A stretch of 42,453 nucleotides of DNA from contig CAYUBH010000002.1 in NCBI GenBank assembly GCA_964442985.1, positions 1 to 42,453 of the forward strand. The letters run 5' to 3'. How positions within the stretch are numbered: position 1 is the stretch's first letter; each line of letters starts with the position of its first letter. Shown here one piece after another: positions 32,401 through 40,558 of this stretch. The DNA comes from an uncultured Gammaproteobacteria bacterium. Lineage in GTDB: Bacteria; Patescibacteriota; Patescibacteriia; Magasanikbacterales; GWA2-37-8. The notes beneath the pieces were generated by a model that ran no database searches, was not told the DNA's origin, and saw only the letters and a list, made by a program, of their open reading frames with translations. The translations under genes and the position numbers were made by a program.

Positions 32401-34638
32401 TTATGGCAAGGTTGTCTCGATGGCCGCTTCTTTAGTATAGGAGCACTCTTTATTACTACATTTGATAGCGCCTTTGGCTGCAAATACGAGTGGTTGCGAG
32501 CAAGTAGGGCAGGCTTCGCCAGTTGGTTTTTCCCAAACAGCAAAATCACACTCTGGGTAGCGATTACAGCCGTAGAAAATCTTACGACGCTTACTGCGTT
32601 TTTCTACAACATCACCTTCTTTACATTTTGGACACTTGAGATTGAGTTTAATATCAATGCTCTTAATATTCTTACACGTTGGATAGTTGGAACAGCCAAG
32701 GAATGGCCCAAAGCGACCCATGCGGTGCATCATCGGGGAGCCGCATTTTTCACAGATCTGGTCGGTTGGTTCGGCAGCAGCCATGGCTTTTTCTTCGGTG
32801 CCAAATGGTTTGGTCGATTTACATTCAGGGTAGCCGGTACACGCCAAGAATTTACCAAAGCGACCAACTTTTACAATCATCGGTTTGCCACATTTAGCAC
32901 AAACTTCATCGGTGGCTTCTTCGGTGAGCGCTTTTTTCTCTAGTTCAGCATCTTTTTTATCCAGATTTTCTTTGAACGGCGTGTAGAACTCTTTAATAAC
33001 TGGTTGCCATTCACGTTCGCCACGAGCGATTTCATCAAAATGCTCTTCCATTTCAGCGGTAAATTGAAAATCAACAATGTGTGGGAAATGTTCCACCAAC
33101 AAATCATTGACGGTATAGGCAATTTCTTTCGGAGCCAATTTTTTCTTGTCATCACGCTCAACATAACCACGATCTTCGATGGTGGCAATCGTTGGAGCGT
33201 AGGTACTTGGGCGACCGATACCAAATTCTTCAAGCGCTTTAACCAAAGTCGCATCAGAATAGCGAGCTGGCGGTTCGGTGAAATGTTGTTCAGGCTTAAG
33301 TTCGTCGCAGGTAACTTTTTCACCAACGGTTAGTTTTGGTAAGAGATTTTCTTTGGTTTTATCAGGATATAATTTTAAGAAGCCCTCAAATAATACTGTC
33401 TGACCAGTAGCGTGAAAGCTGTAACCGTTAGCACTTTCGAGGTCGATAGTGGCTGAGTTGATATCAGCAGCAGCCATTTGAGTGGCTACAGCGCGGTTCC
33501 AGATAAGGGTGTAGAGGCGAAGTTGGTTTTTGTCGAGATGCGACGCCATATCATCAGGAGTCCGGCTCGCTTCGGTTGGGCGGATAGCTTCGTGAGCTTC
33601 TTGAGCGCCTTTGCTTTTGTTTTTAAACGTACGTGGTTCTTTGATTTGGTATTTGGCACCAAACGATTTGCCGATCATTTCATGAGCATCGGTGATAAAT
33701 TTTTCCGACAAGTTTACGGCGTCGGTACGCATGTAGGTGATAAGACCAACTGAGCCTTCGCCGGCCAATTCCACACCTTCATAGAGCTGCTGTGCGAGGC
33801 GCATCGTTTGCTTGGCAGAAAAGCCGAGCTGATGGTTGGCATCTTGTTGAAGACTAGAGGTAGTGTATGGGGCGAGTGGGTTGCGTTTGGTTTGTTTTTC
33901 TTCAACTTCGGTAATGGTGTAAGTAGTATTTTTGAGATCGTTAACAATCGCATCAACAGTTTTTTGATCTTTGAGGTCAAGTTTTTCAACCTTTTTGCCT
34001 TTGATAAGATTGAGCTTGGCTTCAAAAGTTTCTTTGGCATCAAGCGGGCGGAAGAGACCTTCAATAGACCAGTATTCTTCTGGTTTGAAAGCGGTGATTT
34101 CTCGCTCGCGCTCAACCACCAAACGAACAGCGACTGATTGCACACGACCTGCCGACAAGCCCTTAGCAATTTTGCGCCACAAGAAAGGGGAGAGGTTGTA
34201 GCCAACCAATCGATCAAGCACGCGACGAGCTTGCTGAGCGTCTACCAAGCTTAAATCTAAAGCTCGTGGGTGCTCAATAGCGTGGAGGAGGGCAGTCTTG
34301 GTAATTTCATGAAATGTAATACGCTTAGCCTTGCTTGGGGCAATATCTAAGAGGGTAGCTAAGTGGAAAGAGATAGCCTCACCTTCACGGTCTTCATCAG
34401 TGGCAAATAGAATTTCGTCAGCTTTTTTGGCTGCATCTTTGAGCTCTTTAATAACCTTGGTTTTGTCACGGCTATTAATATAATGAGGAGCAAAATTGTT
34501 CTCAACGTCAACGCCGATCTTGCTTTTTGGAAGATCGCGGACATGACCAAAAGACGATTTCACCACATAGTCCTTGCCAAGGAATTTGGTGATTGTTTTG
34601 GCTTTAGTTGGGGATTCTACGATGACGAGAGTACGCAT
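32401..34638 (-). CDS. topA: DNA topoisomerase I
   Basis: 745 aa. TOPRIM start LVIVESPTKA, and C-terminal repeated CxxC zinc ribbons. Confidence 0.95.
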   Translation of the reverse strand: MRTLVIVESPTKAKTITKFLGKDYVVKSSFGHVRDLPKSKIGVDVENNFAPHYINSRDKTKVIKELKDAAKKADEILFATDEDREGEAISFHLATLLDIAPSKAKRITFHEITKTALLHAIEHPRALDLSLVDAQQARRVLDRLVGYNLSPFLWRKIAKGLSAGRVQSVAVRLVVEREREITAFKPEEYWSIEGLFRPLDAKETFEAKLNLIKGKKVEKLDLKDQKTVDAIVNDLKNTTYTITEVEEKQTKRNPLAPYTTSSLQQDANHQLGFSAKQTMRLAQQLYEGVELAGEGSVGLITYMRTDAVNLSEKFITDAHEMIGKSFGAKYQIKEPRTFKNKSKGAQEAHEAIRPTEASRTPDDMASHLDKNQLRLYTLIWNRAVATQMAAADINSATIDLESANGYSFHATGQTVLFEGFLKLYPDKTKENLLPKLTVGEKVTCDELKPEQHFTEPPARYSDATLVKALEEFGIGRPSTYAPTIATIEDRGYVERDDKKKLAPKEIAYTVNDLLVEHFPHIVDFQFTAEMEEHFDEIARGEREWQPVIKEFYTPFKENLDKKDAELEKKALTEEATDEVCAKCGKPMIVKVGRFGKFLACTGYPECKSTKPFGTEEKAMAAAEPTDQICEKCGSPMMHRMGRFGPFLGCSNYPTCKNIKSIDIKLNLKCPKCKEGDVVEKRSKRRKIFYGCNRYPECDFAVWEKPTGEACPTCSQPLVFAAKGAIKCSNKECSYTKEAAIETTLP

Positions 34639-34660
34639 AGGTAAGCGTTATAATCCCCAT

Positions 34661-34702
34661 AGAATACCGGTTTTTGCCCATTTTGTCAATTTTTGCTACT
34701 AT
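34661..34702. promoter_or_regulatory. overlapping divergent promoters: topA on the - strand (TTGACA-17-TATTCT) and 34728 ORF on the + strand (TTGCCC-17-TACTAT)
   Basis: - strand hexamers are the reverse complements of 34684-34689 and 34661-34666. + strand hexamers lie at 34674-34679 and 34697-34702. Confidence 0.45.
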
Positions 34703-34727
34703 GTACCTATAAATAACTTTATTTTCT

Positions 34728-35294
34728 ATGAGTGAATATAATGCCGAATATGCTCGAGTGGTGCAGAAGCAAAAAAACGAGCAAGGTAAGATTAAGCCGG
34801 TCGTGGAAGAGGTGGATGCTCTGCCGTCAGTGATAGTGGAGGAAGGCCTTGGTGCTCGCACCCCAGAAATGCAAGCCGATCGAGCTAGAAAGCAGCAAAA
34901 AGCCCTAGAAAAAGCTCTGCGAAACGAAGCGAAACAAACTCGAGAAGAACGCTTTAAAGACCCGAGCTATGTGCAGGAATTAACGAATATTTTTCAGTCT
35001 CTACAGCGCGGAGAGTTGTTTGCAGAGATCGATCAACAAAAACTAGATGATATTGAGGCGCTTATTGATTATAGTAAAGACGTTAAAGAAAAAAGAGATA
35101 AGGGATATGCTCAGGTTATTGACGTGCACACTTCAAATATTGTCGAACAAGTACTCGCCAAGCCTAAAAAAGTAGCACGACCGAGAGCTGTTGAGCCGCG
35201 CGGGAGTACCAGAGGGCGCCAAGATATTTCTCCAGTCAAACCACCAGCTCCACCTGAAAAGAAAAAAGGTTTTTTCGCTCGATTATTTGGCTAA
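34728..35294 (+). CDS. hypothetical charged protein with C-terminal amphipathic membrane-targeting-like helix
   Basis: 188 aa, Lys/Glu/Gln-rich, ending in ...PPEKKKGFFARLFG. Confidence 0.55.
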   Translation: MSEYNAEYARVVQKQKNEQGKIKPVVEEVDALPSVIVEEGLGARTPEMQADRARKQQKALEKALRNEAKQTREERFKDPSYVQELTNIFQSLQRGELFAEIDQQKLDDIEALIDYSKDVKEKRDKGYAQVIDVHTSNIVEQVLAKPKKVARPRAVEPRGSTRGRQDISPVKPPAPPEKKKGFFARLFG

Positions 35295-35304
35295 ACATTA
35301 GCAT

Positions 35305-35335
35305 AAAACCGGCAAACATACTTTGTCGGTTTTTT
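35305..35335. terminator. bidirectional intrinsic terminator between the 34728 ORF and dprA
   Basis: AAAACCGGCAAA-CATAC-TTTGTCGGTTTTTT. Confidence 0.65.
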
Positions 35336-36218
35336 ATTTGCGTTGTTTTGTGGGAGCGTAGTGGACAGCGTCGAGTTTGGTAATAAGACCACTTAATTCC
35401 AAGGTGGTGAGCGCGCCAAGAAGGAGGGCGTTGGACAAGTGGGTGAGCGTGGTAAGTTCATCAATAGTTCGGGGCATAATAGTGAGCTCGGTTAGAACAA
35501 TCTGCTCAGTTTCGGACAATGACAAGACTGGTGTTGGGGTATCTTGTATCGCCGTGAGATGAAAAAGCTCGAGTACGTCCTCAACACCAGTAATAATTGA
35601 GGCGCCGCGCTTAATAAGATTATTGCAACCTCGGCCATAGAGCGAGGTGGTGGGGTGGGGAACAGCCATAACTTCACGACCATTTTCGAGAGCACTGTAG
35701 GCGGTGATGAGGGCGCCAGATTTTTCGGGGGCCTCGATCACCAGTGTTCCATGGGTAATGCCGGCGATAATGCGATTCCGAGCTGGAAAAGAATACTGGG
35801 TAGGTTTGAAGCCAGCTGGGTATTCACTGGCGAGAGCTCCGCCGGAGGCGACAATTTTGTCGGCTAAGCCCCGGTGTGAGGTTGGATACACCGTGTGTTC
35901 ATCGACCCCTGAGCCGAGAATAGCGAAGGTAGTCCCGCCAGCTCGAAGCGCGGATTCGTGCACTTTCCCGTCAATTCCGAGAGCCAGACCGCTGACCACC
36001 ACGACACCAAGCCGAGCCAGCTCGAAAGACAGCATTTCGGCCATGTAAATACCATAGGGGGTGGGGCGACGGGTGCCGACAATGGCAATATGTGGGCGGG
36101 CATCATCGGGCAGTGCTCCACGCACAAAGAGGATGTCTGGTGGATTGTGGATTTCGGCTAAACGGAGGGGGTAATCAGCGTCTGAGCTATGTATGGCGCG
36201 AATGTCATCGTGAGGCAT
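35334..36218 (-). CDS. dprA: DNA processing protein DprA/Smf
   Basis: 294 aa. Rossmann-like core GTRRPTPYG...VVSGLALGIDG. Adjacent to topA, as is common. Confidence 0.88.
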   Translation of the reverse strand: MPHDDIRAIHSSDADYPLRLAEIHNPPDILFVRGALPDDARPHIAIVGTRRPTPYGIYMAEMLSFELARLGVVVVSGLALGIDGKVHESALRAGGTTFAILGSGVDEHTVYPTSHRGLADKIVASGGALASEYPAGFKPTQYSFPARNRIIAGITHGTLVIEAPEKSGALITAYSALENGREVMAVPHPTTSLYGRGCNNLIKRGASIITGVEDVLELFHLTAIQDTPTPVLSLSETEQIVLTELTIMPRTIDELTTLTHLSNALLLGALTTLELSGLITKLDAVHYAPTKQRK

Positions 36219-36221
36219 ATA

Positions 36222-36255
36222 TAAAAAAAGATAGACTAGGATGGTAGTCTATCTT
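36222..36255 (-). terminator. intrinsic terminator after pth
   Basis: AAGATAGACTA / TAGTCTATCTT 11-bp stem, with a U-run on the - strand. Confidence 0.65.
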
Positions 36256-36273
36256 ATGGCAGATAAAGAAAAG

Positions 36274-36804
36274 TTAAAGTAGTTGGCGGAGGTTATCAAT
36301 AGCGTGATTGAAGATCTCTGACAGGTGCTGTTGTTCTTCTTTAGTAAACTTTCCCAAAACAAAGTCAGCAGTATCGGCAATTGGAGTTTCTTTTGGAGCC
36401 ACACCAATACGGAAACGAGTAAAATCATTTGTGCCAATTTTTTCGATAATAGACTTCACACCGTTGTGGCCGGCAGCACCACGAGCGCTTTGAATGCGAA
36501 TAGTGCCCAAAGGAATATCTTTATCATCGTGGATAACAATCAGATCTTTTGGGGTGAGCTTGTAGTAAGAGAGAAGCGCCTGAACAGCATCGCCAGAATT
36601 ATTCATGAAGGTTTGCGGTTTGGCCAAGACAACACGCTTGTCATAGAGGGCAGTTTTACAAATTTCGGCGTGGTTTTTCCGATCAGGAGTAAACTGTTCT
36701 TCTTCGGTCATGGATAGAATTCTGTCGAGCGTTAAAAAACCAACATTGTGACGGGTGAACATGTATTCTCTGCCAGGATTGCCGAGACCGATAATAAGTT
36801 TCAT
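36274..36804 (-). CDS. pth: peptidyl-tRNA hydrolase
   Basis: 176 aa with MKLIIGLGNPG...TRHNVGF and GHNG motifs. Confidence 0.95.
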   Translation of the reverse strand: MKLIIGLGNPGREYMFTRHNVGFLTLDRILSMTEEEQFTPDRKNHAEICKTALYDKRVVLAKPQTFMNNSGDAVQALLSYYKLTPKDLIVIHDDKDIPLGTIRIQSARGAAGHNGVKSIIEKIGTNDFTRFRIGVAPKETPIADTADFVLGKFTKEEQQHLSEIFNHAIDNLRQLL

Positions 36805-36816
36805 ACAAATAAGACG

Positions 36817-38211
36817 TTAGTCTTTTGGAGCGTAGGTGTGATGTTTGAGCTTGCTCAATTTCATGACGATTGGAGCGGCAAAAAAGCCGAATTCAGCGCG
36901 GAGGCGGTTGGCCACAAAGTGCACATAGGACATGTGAACCGAAGTATTGGATTTGATAACCATTTCAAACATTGGTGGGTTGAAGCCAAGCTGATTGAGG
37001 GCGACCACGCGAGGGTGGCGAACACCACGATCTTTGGTTGGGAGCTTTTTGCGCAAGGTGCGCTTCAAGAAGTCTTTGAGAACAAGTTCATCAACCACAA
37101 TTTGACGACCTTCCCAAGCCTGTTTGATGAGTGGATAAATTTGGTGTACACGGTATTCGGTCTTTGCACTCACAAACACTACTGGAGCGTAATCAAGGTG
37201 GGGGAAGGAGACAAGAATGTCTTTTTTGACGTTATTGCGGAATTCGTCGCTGTTATCATCGGCTTGATCCCATTTGTTGACCACGATAATCACACTGCGA
37301 GTGTGTTCGCGGAGTAAACCAGCCAATTGCTGGTCTTGATCGGAGATTGGCTCAGTAGCATCAAGCACCAAAAGCACGATATCTGATTTATTGACTGTGG
37401 CAATGCTTTTGCTAATACCCATTTTTTCGAGTTCACCGGAGACTTTGGTTTTGCGACGGATACCAGCGGTGTCAACGAATAAAATATGTTGACCGTCAAC
37501 TTCAACGAGGGTGTCATGTGGTTCGCGAGTAGTATGAGGCATGTCGCTTACAATCACACGATCTTCGCCGATAAGCTTGTTGAAGAGAGAGGATTTGCCA
37601 ACGTTTGGTTTGCCCATGATAGACACTTTGATAAGTGAGATATCGTCTTTGATAGCTTTTGGTCGGCGTTTGGTTTTGTTGAGTTGTTTGAAAACAAGAT
37701 CGAGCACATCGCCGATGTTGCTACCGTTGGCAGCCGAAGCTGGGACTGGAGCGCCAAAACCAAGTTTCATCCATTCGCTGTTGTAGACTTCGGTGTGAAG
37801 AGCGATAGTGTCAGCCTTGTTGGCTACCAAAATAACCGGTTTTTTATCAGCGGTTTTTTTGAGGCGTCGAGCCAATTCGCGTTCTTGGGGGAGAATGCCC
37901 GAAGTAATGTCAATCACAAACACGATCACATCGGCTTCTTTGAGAGCGATTTCGGTTTGTTTAATGATATCATCTTCGAGCGGAACGTCTTCGGAAAAAG
38001 TAAGACCGCCAGTATCAATCATGCGGAATTGTTTGCCGCGCCAAGTAGCGATAGCAACGTTTCGAGTGCGGGTAGTACCCGGAATATCGGAGACGAGCGC
38101 TAAATTTTGCTCAATGATTTTATTGAAAAGAGATGATTTACCAACATTAACACGGCCAACCAGAGCAACGGTAGGAAGGTTATTATCAATAATTGTAGCA
38201 GGTGTGGCCAT
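36817..38211 (-). CDS. der: ribosome-associated GTPase Der/EngA (tandem GTPase domains + KH-like)
   Basis: 464 aa with two P-loops, GRVNVGKSS and GKPNVGKSS. Confidence 0.93.
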   Translation of the reverse strand: MATPATIIDNNLPTVALVGRVNVGKSSLFNKIIEQNLALVSDIPGTTRTRNVAIATWRGKQFRMIDTGGLTFSEDVPLEDDIIKQTEIALKEADVIVFVIDITSGILPQERELARRLKKTADKKPVILVANKADTIALHTEVYNSEWMKLGFGAPVPASAANGSNIGDVLDLVFKQLNKTKRRPKAIKDDISLIKVSIMGKPNVGKSSLFNKLIGEDRVIVSDMPHTTREPHDTLVEVDGQHILFVDTAGIRRKTKVSGELEKMGISKSIATVNKSDIVLLVLDATEPISDQDQQLAGLLREHTRSVIIVVNKWDQADDNSDEFRNNVKKDILVSFPHLDYAPVVFVSAKTEYRVHQIYPLIKQAWEGRQIVVDELVLKDFLKRTLRKKLPTKDRGVRHPRVVALNQLGFNPPMFEMVIKSNTSVHMSYVHFVANRLRAEFGFFAAPIVMKLSKLKHHTYAPKD

Positions 38212-38220
38212 AATAGAGTT

Positions 38221-39678
38221 TTATTCTTTGGTGTCTGCGCCCAAGATAACAAGGACATCAGCTTCTTGGTTGTATTTCATACCTGATTCGTCTTCGGTCG
38301 TTTCAGGGTTATTGTATCCAATAGTGAGCCATTCAGGCAAAACAGTGAGGATAGGAGCTTTAAGCTGGTCGCTCAGCGCTTTGGTCGAAGCTCGAGAAAC
38401 CGCTGGATTGAGCAAATAAATGGCTGTTTTTTCAATTGGACGCTTTAAACTGTTCCCCACCGTTATAACAGAAAAACCCTTTTCTTGCAACCGTTCACGC
38501 ATTCTAGCGGCCAAACCGACCCGCCAGGTGCCGTTTTGAAGCTCCACCTTAAAGTTGGAATAGACTACTGTCCCAGGGGTGGAAGTGGCTGGTTTGGGGT
38601 AGATAAGGGCTGGGGTAACCGCCAAAGAAGGGGTAGAGGTGGAGCTAAAAATGCCAGCAATGGCTGTATTGACGTTGGTGTAGTCGCCAGTCTTTGGGAA
38701 AAGGAGAAATGCTCCGCTTTCGCCGGTGGTGCTTACCAAAAAGCCGGTTGGGGAGTTGTCGAGTACGAGATTTTTTGGCGATGAGTTAAATTCACCAGCC
38801 ATGCGCGCGAGAGAAGTGAGCTCGGTAATACTTAAATTGGTGGTGACATGGGCTTTGAGCGAACTTAGAATTTGCTGGATAGTAAGCGGATTGGTGTAGG
38901 TGCCGGCCGACAGTAATTTTTGTTTGAGCGACAAGATGACGAGCTGTTGACGGCGAGCGCGGGCAAAATCGCCACCTTCACCATTGTTGCCATGACGCGA
39001 GCGGGCAAAGGTTAGCGCTGTTTCGCCGTTCATGGTTTGCGGGCCAGCATCAAAATGAACGGTGCGGAAGCTAAAGTTTTCTCCAGGGAACTGTGTGTCG
39101 GTAAAAGTAGTTGGTACATTGACCTGCACTCCGCCCACGGCGTCAATCATATCGGTGAACGCTTTGAAATCCACGCGAATATAATAGGGGATGGATTGGC
39201 CAAAGGTATTCTCAAATACTTGGCGAGCAAATTCGCCGCCTTGGCCCGGCGACTGCGCTTCGCCGTAGGCCCCAGCGTAATTAATCTTTCGGATTCCTTG
39301 ATTAGGGATAGTGACACCCAGATCACGAGGAATAGAAATCATCGCCACTTCTTTGGTGGACGGTTTAATGCTGAGAATCAGATTGGTATCGGTGAGATAG
39401 GGGCCATCGTGACCAGCGCCACCCATACCAAGAAGGAGGATGTTAATTCGGTCTTCAGCCTGCCCTTTGAGTGACGGCTCATCGGCGAAAATAAAGTTTT
39501 TGACTGTTTGGAGTAGGCCTTGTTCACGAGGGTGCAAGGTGACACCAGCGATAGTAAACGAAGATGAAACCGACCAAAAAAGCGCGCATAATAAAAAAAG
39601 ACCAGCAAAGAGACTGATGAAGATGAGTGACCGTTTGGAAGATTTTTTGGGAAGTAAATTAACTGGTTCGTTAGTCAT
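38221..39678 (-). CDS. LytR-CpsA-Psr (LCP) family cell-envelope protein with C-terminal LytR_C-like domain
   Basis: 485 aa. N-terminal TM, then NILLLGMGG...DTNLILSI...ISIPRDL. Confidence 0.8.
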   Translation of the reverse strand: MTNEPVNLLPKKSSKRSLIFISLFAGLFLLCALFWSVSSSFTIAGVTLHPREQGLLQTVKNFIFADEPSLKGQAEDRINILLLGMGGAGHDGPYLTDTNLILSIKPSTKEVAMISIPRDLGVTIPNQGIRKINYAGAYGEAQSPGQGGEFARQVFENTFGQSIPYYIRVDFKAFTDMIDAVGGVQVNVPTTFTDTQFPGENFSFRTVHFDAGPQTMNGETALTFARSRHGNNGEGGDFARARRQQLVILSLKQKLLSAGTYTNPLTIQQILSSLKAHVTTNLSITELTSLARMAGEFNSSPKNLVLDNSPTGFLVSTTGESGAFLLFPKTGDYTNVNTAIAGIFSSTSTPSLAVTPALIYPKPATSTPGTVVYSNFKVELQNGTWRVGLAARMRERLQEKGFSVITVGNSLKRPIEKTAIYLLNPAVSRASTKALSDQLKAPILTVLPEWLTIGYNNPETTEDESGMKYNQEADVLVILGADTKE

Positions 39679-39746
39679 ACAGGAAAAAAGGACGTCGCAT
39701 ACAGTAGTTCAGTATAAGTATACCACAGTAAAGGTATAAATCAATC

Positions 39747-39776
39747 TTGGTTTTTTAGCGCGAGATATGCTATACT
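39747..39776 (+). promoter_or_regulatory. candidate promoter (TTGGTT-18-TATACT)
   Basis: Hexamers at 39747-39752 and 39771-39776, upstream of ATG 39811. Confidence 0.4.
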
Positions 39777-39810
39777 AAAGCCTAGTCTCTAGTTTTCTCA
39801 AAAAAATCGT

Positions 39811-40314
39811 ATGCCTAAAGATCTTCTCAAAGAGAATGTCGCCACCGGACGGGTTGTCTATGAGTGGTGGGTCAAAGAATATGAAAAAAGAGAGCGCTCC
39901 AAGCGCTGGTATATGGTGGCGACCATTAGTGTTGTAGCGCTTTTGGCGTATAGCCTTATTTCTCAGAATTACCTATTTTCGCTTATCGTCGTGTTGTTTG
40001 GTATTATTGTGTATTTACACGATATGCAAAATCCGATCGATGTCTATTTTGCTATTACTGAAGTGGGGATTATTTTAGGCAAGAAATTTTATCGTTACAA
40101 TGAATTGAGTAATTTTTGGATTATTTATAATCCGCCGGAGGTCAAAAACCTGTATTTTACTCTCAACAACATGGTAAAACATCGTTTACAGGTGCCGTTG
40201 CTCGATTATGATCCACGCCCAGTTCGCGACTATCTCAAAAAATTTCTCAAAGAAGATTTAGACCAAGAAGAAGAGCCGATGAGTGACCGTCTCGCCCGCA
40301 CCTTTAAACTCTAA
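39811..40314 (+). CDS. hypothetical membrane protein (two TM helices)
   Basis: 167 aa. Hydrophobic hairpin YMVATISVVALLAY...LFSLIVVLFGIIVYL. No family recognised. Confidence 0.55.
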   Translation: MPKDLLKENVATGRVVYEWWVKEYEKRERSKRWYMVATISVVALLAYSLISQNYLFSLIVVLFGIIVYLHDMQNPIDVYFAITEVGIILGKKFYRYNELSNFWIIYNPPEVKNLYFTLNNMVKHRLQVPLLDYDPRPVRDYLKKFLKEDLDQEEEPMSDRLARTFKL

Positions 40315-40325
40315 AAGCCCATAGC

Positions 40326-40404
40326 AACAAACGCCATTGTAAGCGCAAAATCGTACCAGCCGGACTTGACAAAAACGGTACGAACGCTTACAATGGCGTT
40401 TGTT
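40326..40404. repeat. perfect 20-bp inverted repeat (AACAAACGCCATTGTAAGCG / reverse complement) with inner CGTACC/GGTACG pair
   Basis: Arms at 40326-40345 and 40385-40404. The repeat encloses and overlaps the tRNA-Arg promoter. Confidence 0.8.
40366..40394 (+). promoter_or_regulatory. promoter of tRNA-Arg (TTGACA-17-TACAAT)
   Basis: TTGACA 40366-40371, TACAAT 40389-40394. Confidence 0.6.
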
Positions 40405-40415
40405 ATCTAGCCCCT

Positions 40416-40487
40416 GCACTCATCGTTCAATGGATAGGACATTGGCCTGCGAAGCCGAAAATTTAGGTTCGACTCCTAATGAGTGCA
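40416..40487 (+). tRNA. tRNA-Arg with anticodon GCG (hand fold), no encoded CCA
   Basis: Acceptor GCACTCA/TGAGTGC, U8, D arm GTTC-AATGGATA-GGAC, anticodon arm TTGGC-CTGCGAA-GCCGA (GCG at 40449-40451), T arm TTAGG-TTCGACT-CCTAA. Confidence 0.8.
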
Positions 40488-40493
40488 CATATT

Positions 40494-40527
40494 AAAAACA
40501 CCTCGTAAACGAGGTGTTTTTGTTTTT
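40494..40527 (+). terminator. intrinsic terminator after tRNA-Arg
   Basis: AAAAACACCTCG-TAAA-CGAGGTGTTTTT followed by GTTTTT. Confidence 0.8.
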
Positions 40528-40558
40528 CTCACCCCCTTGGTGCTATACTACCGCCACT

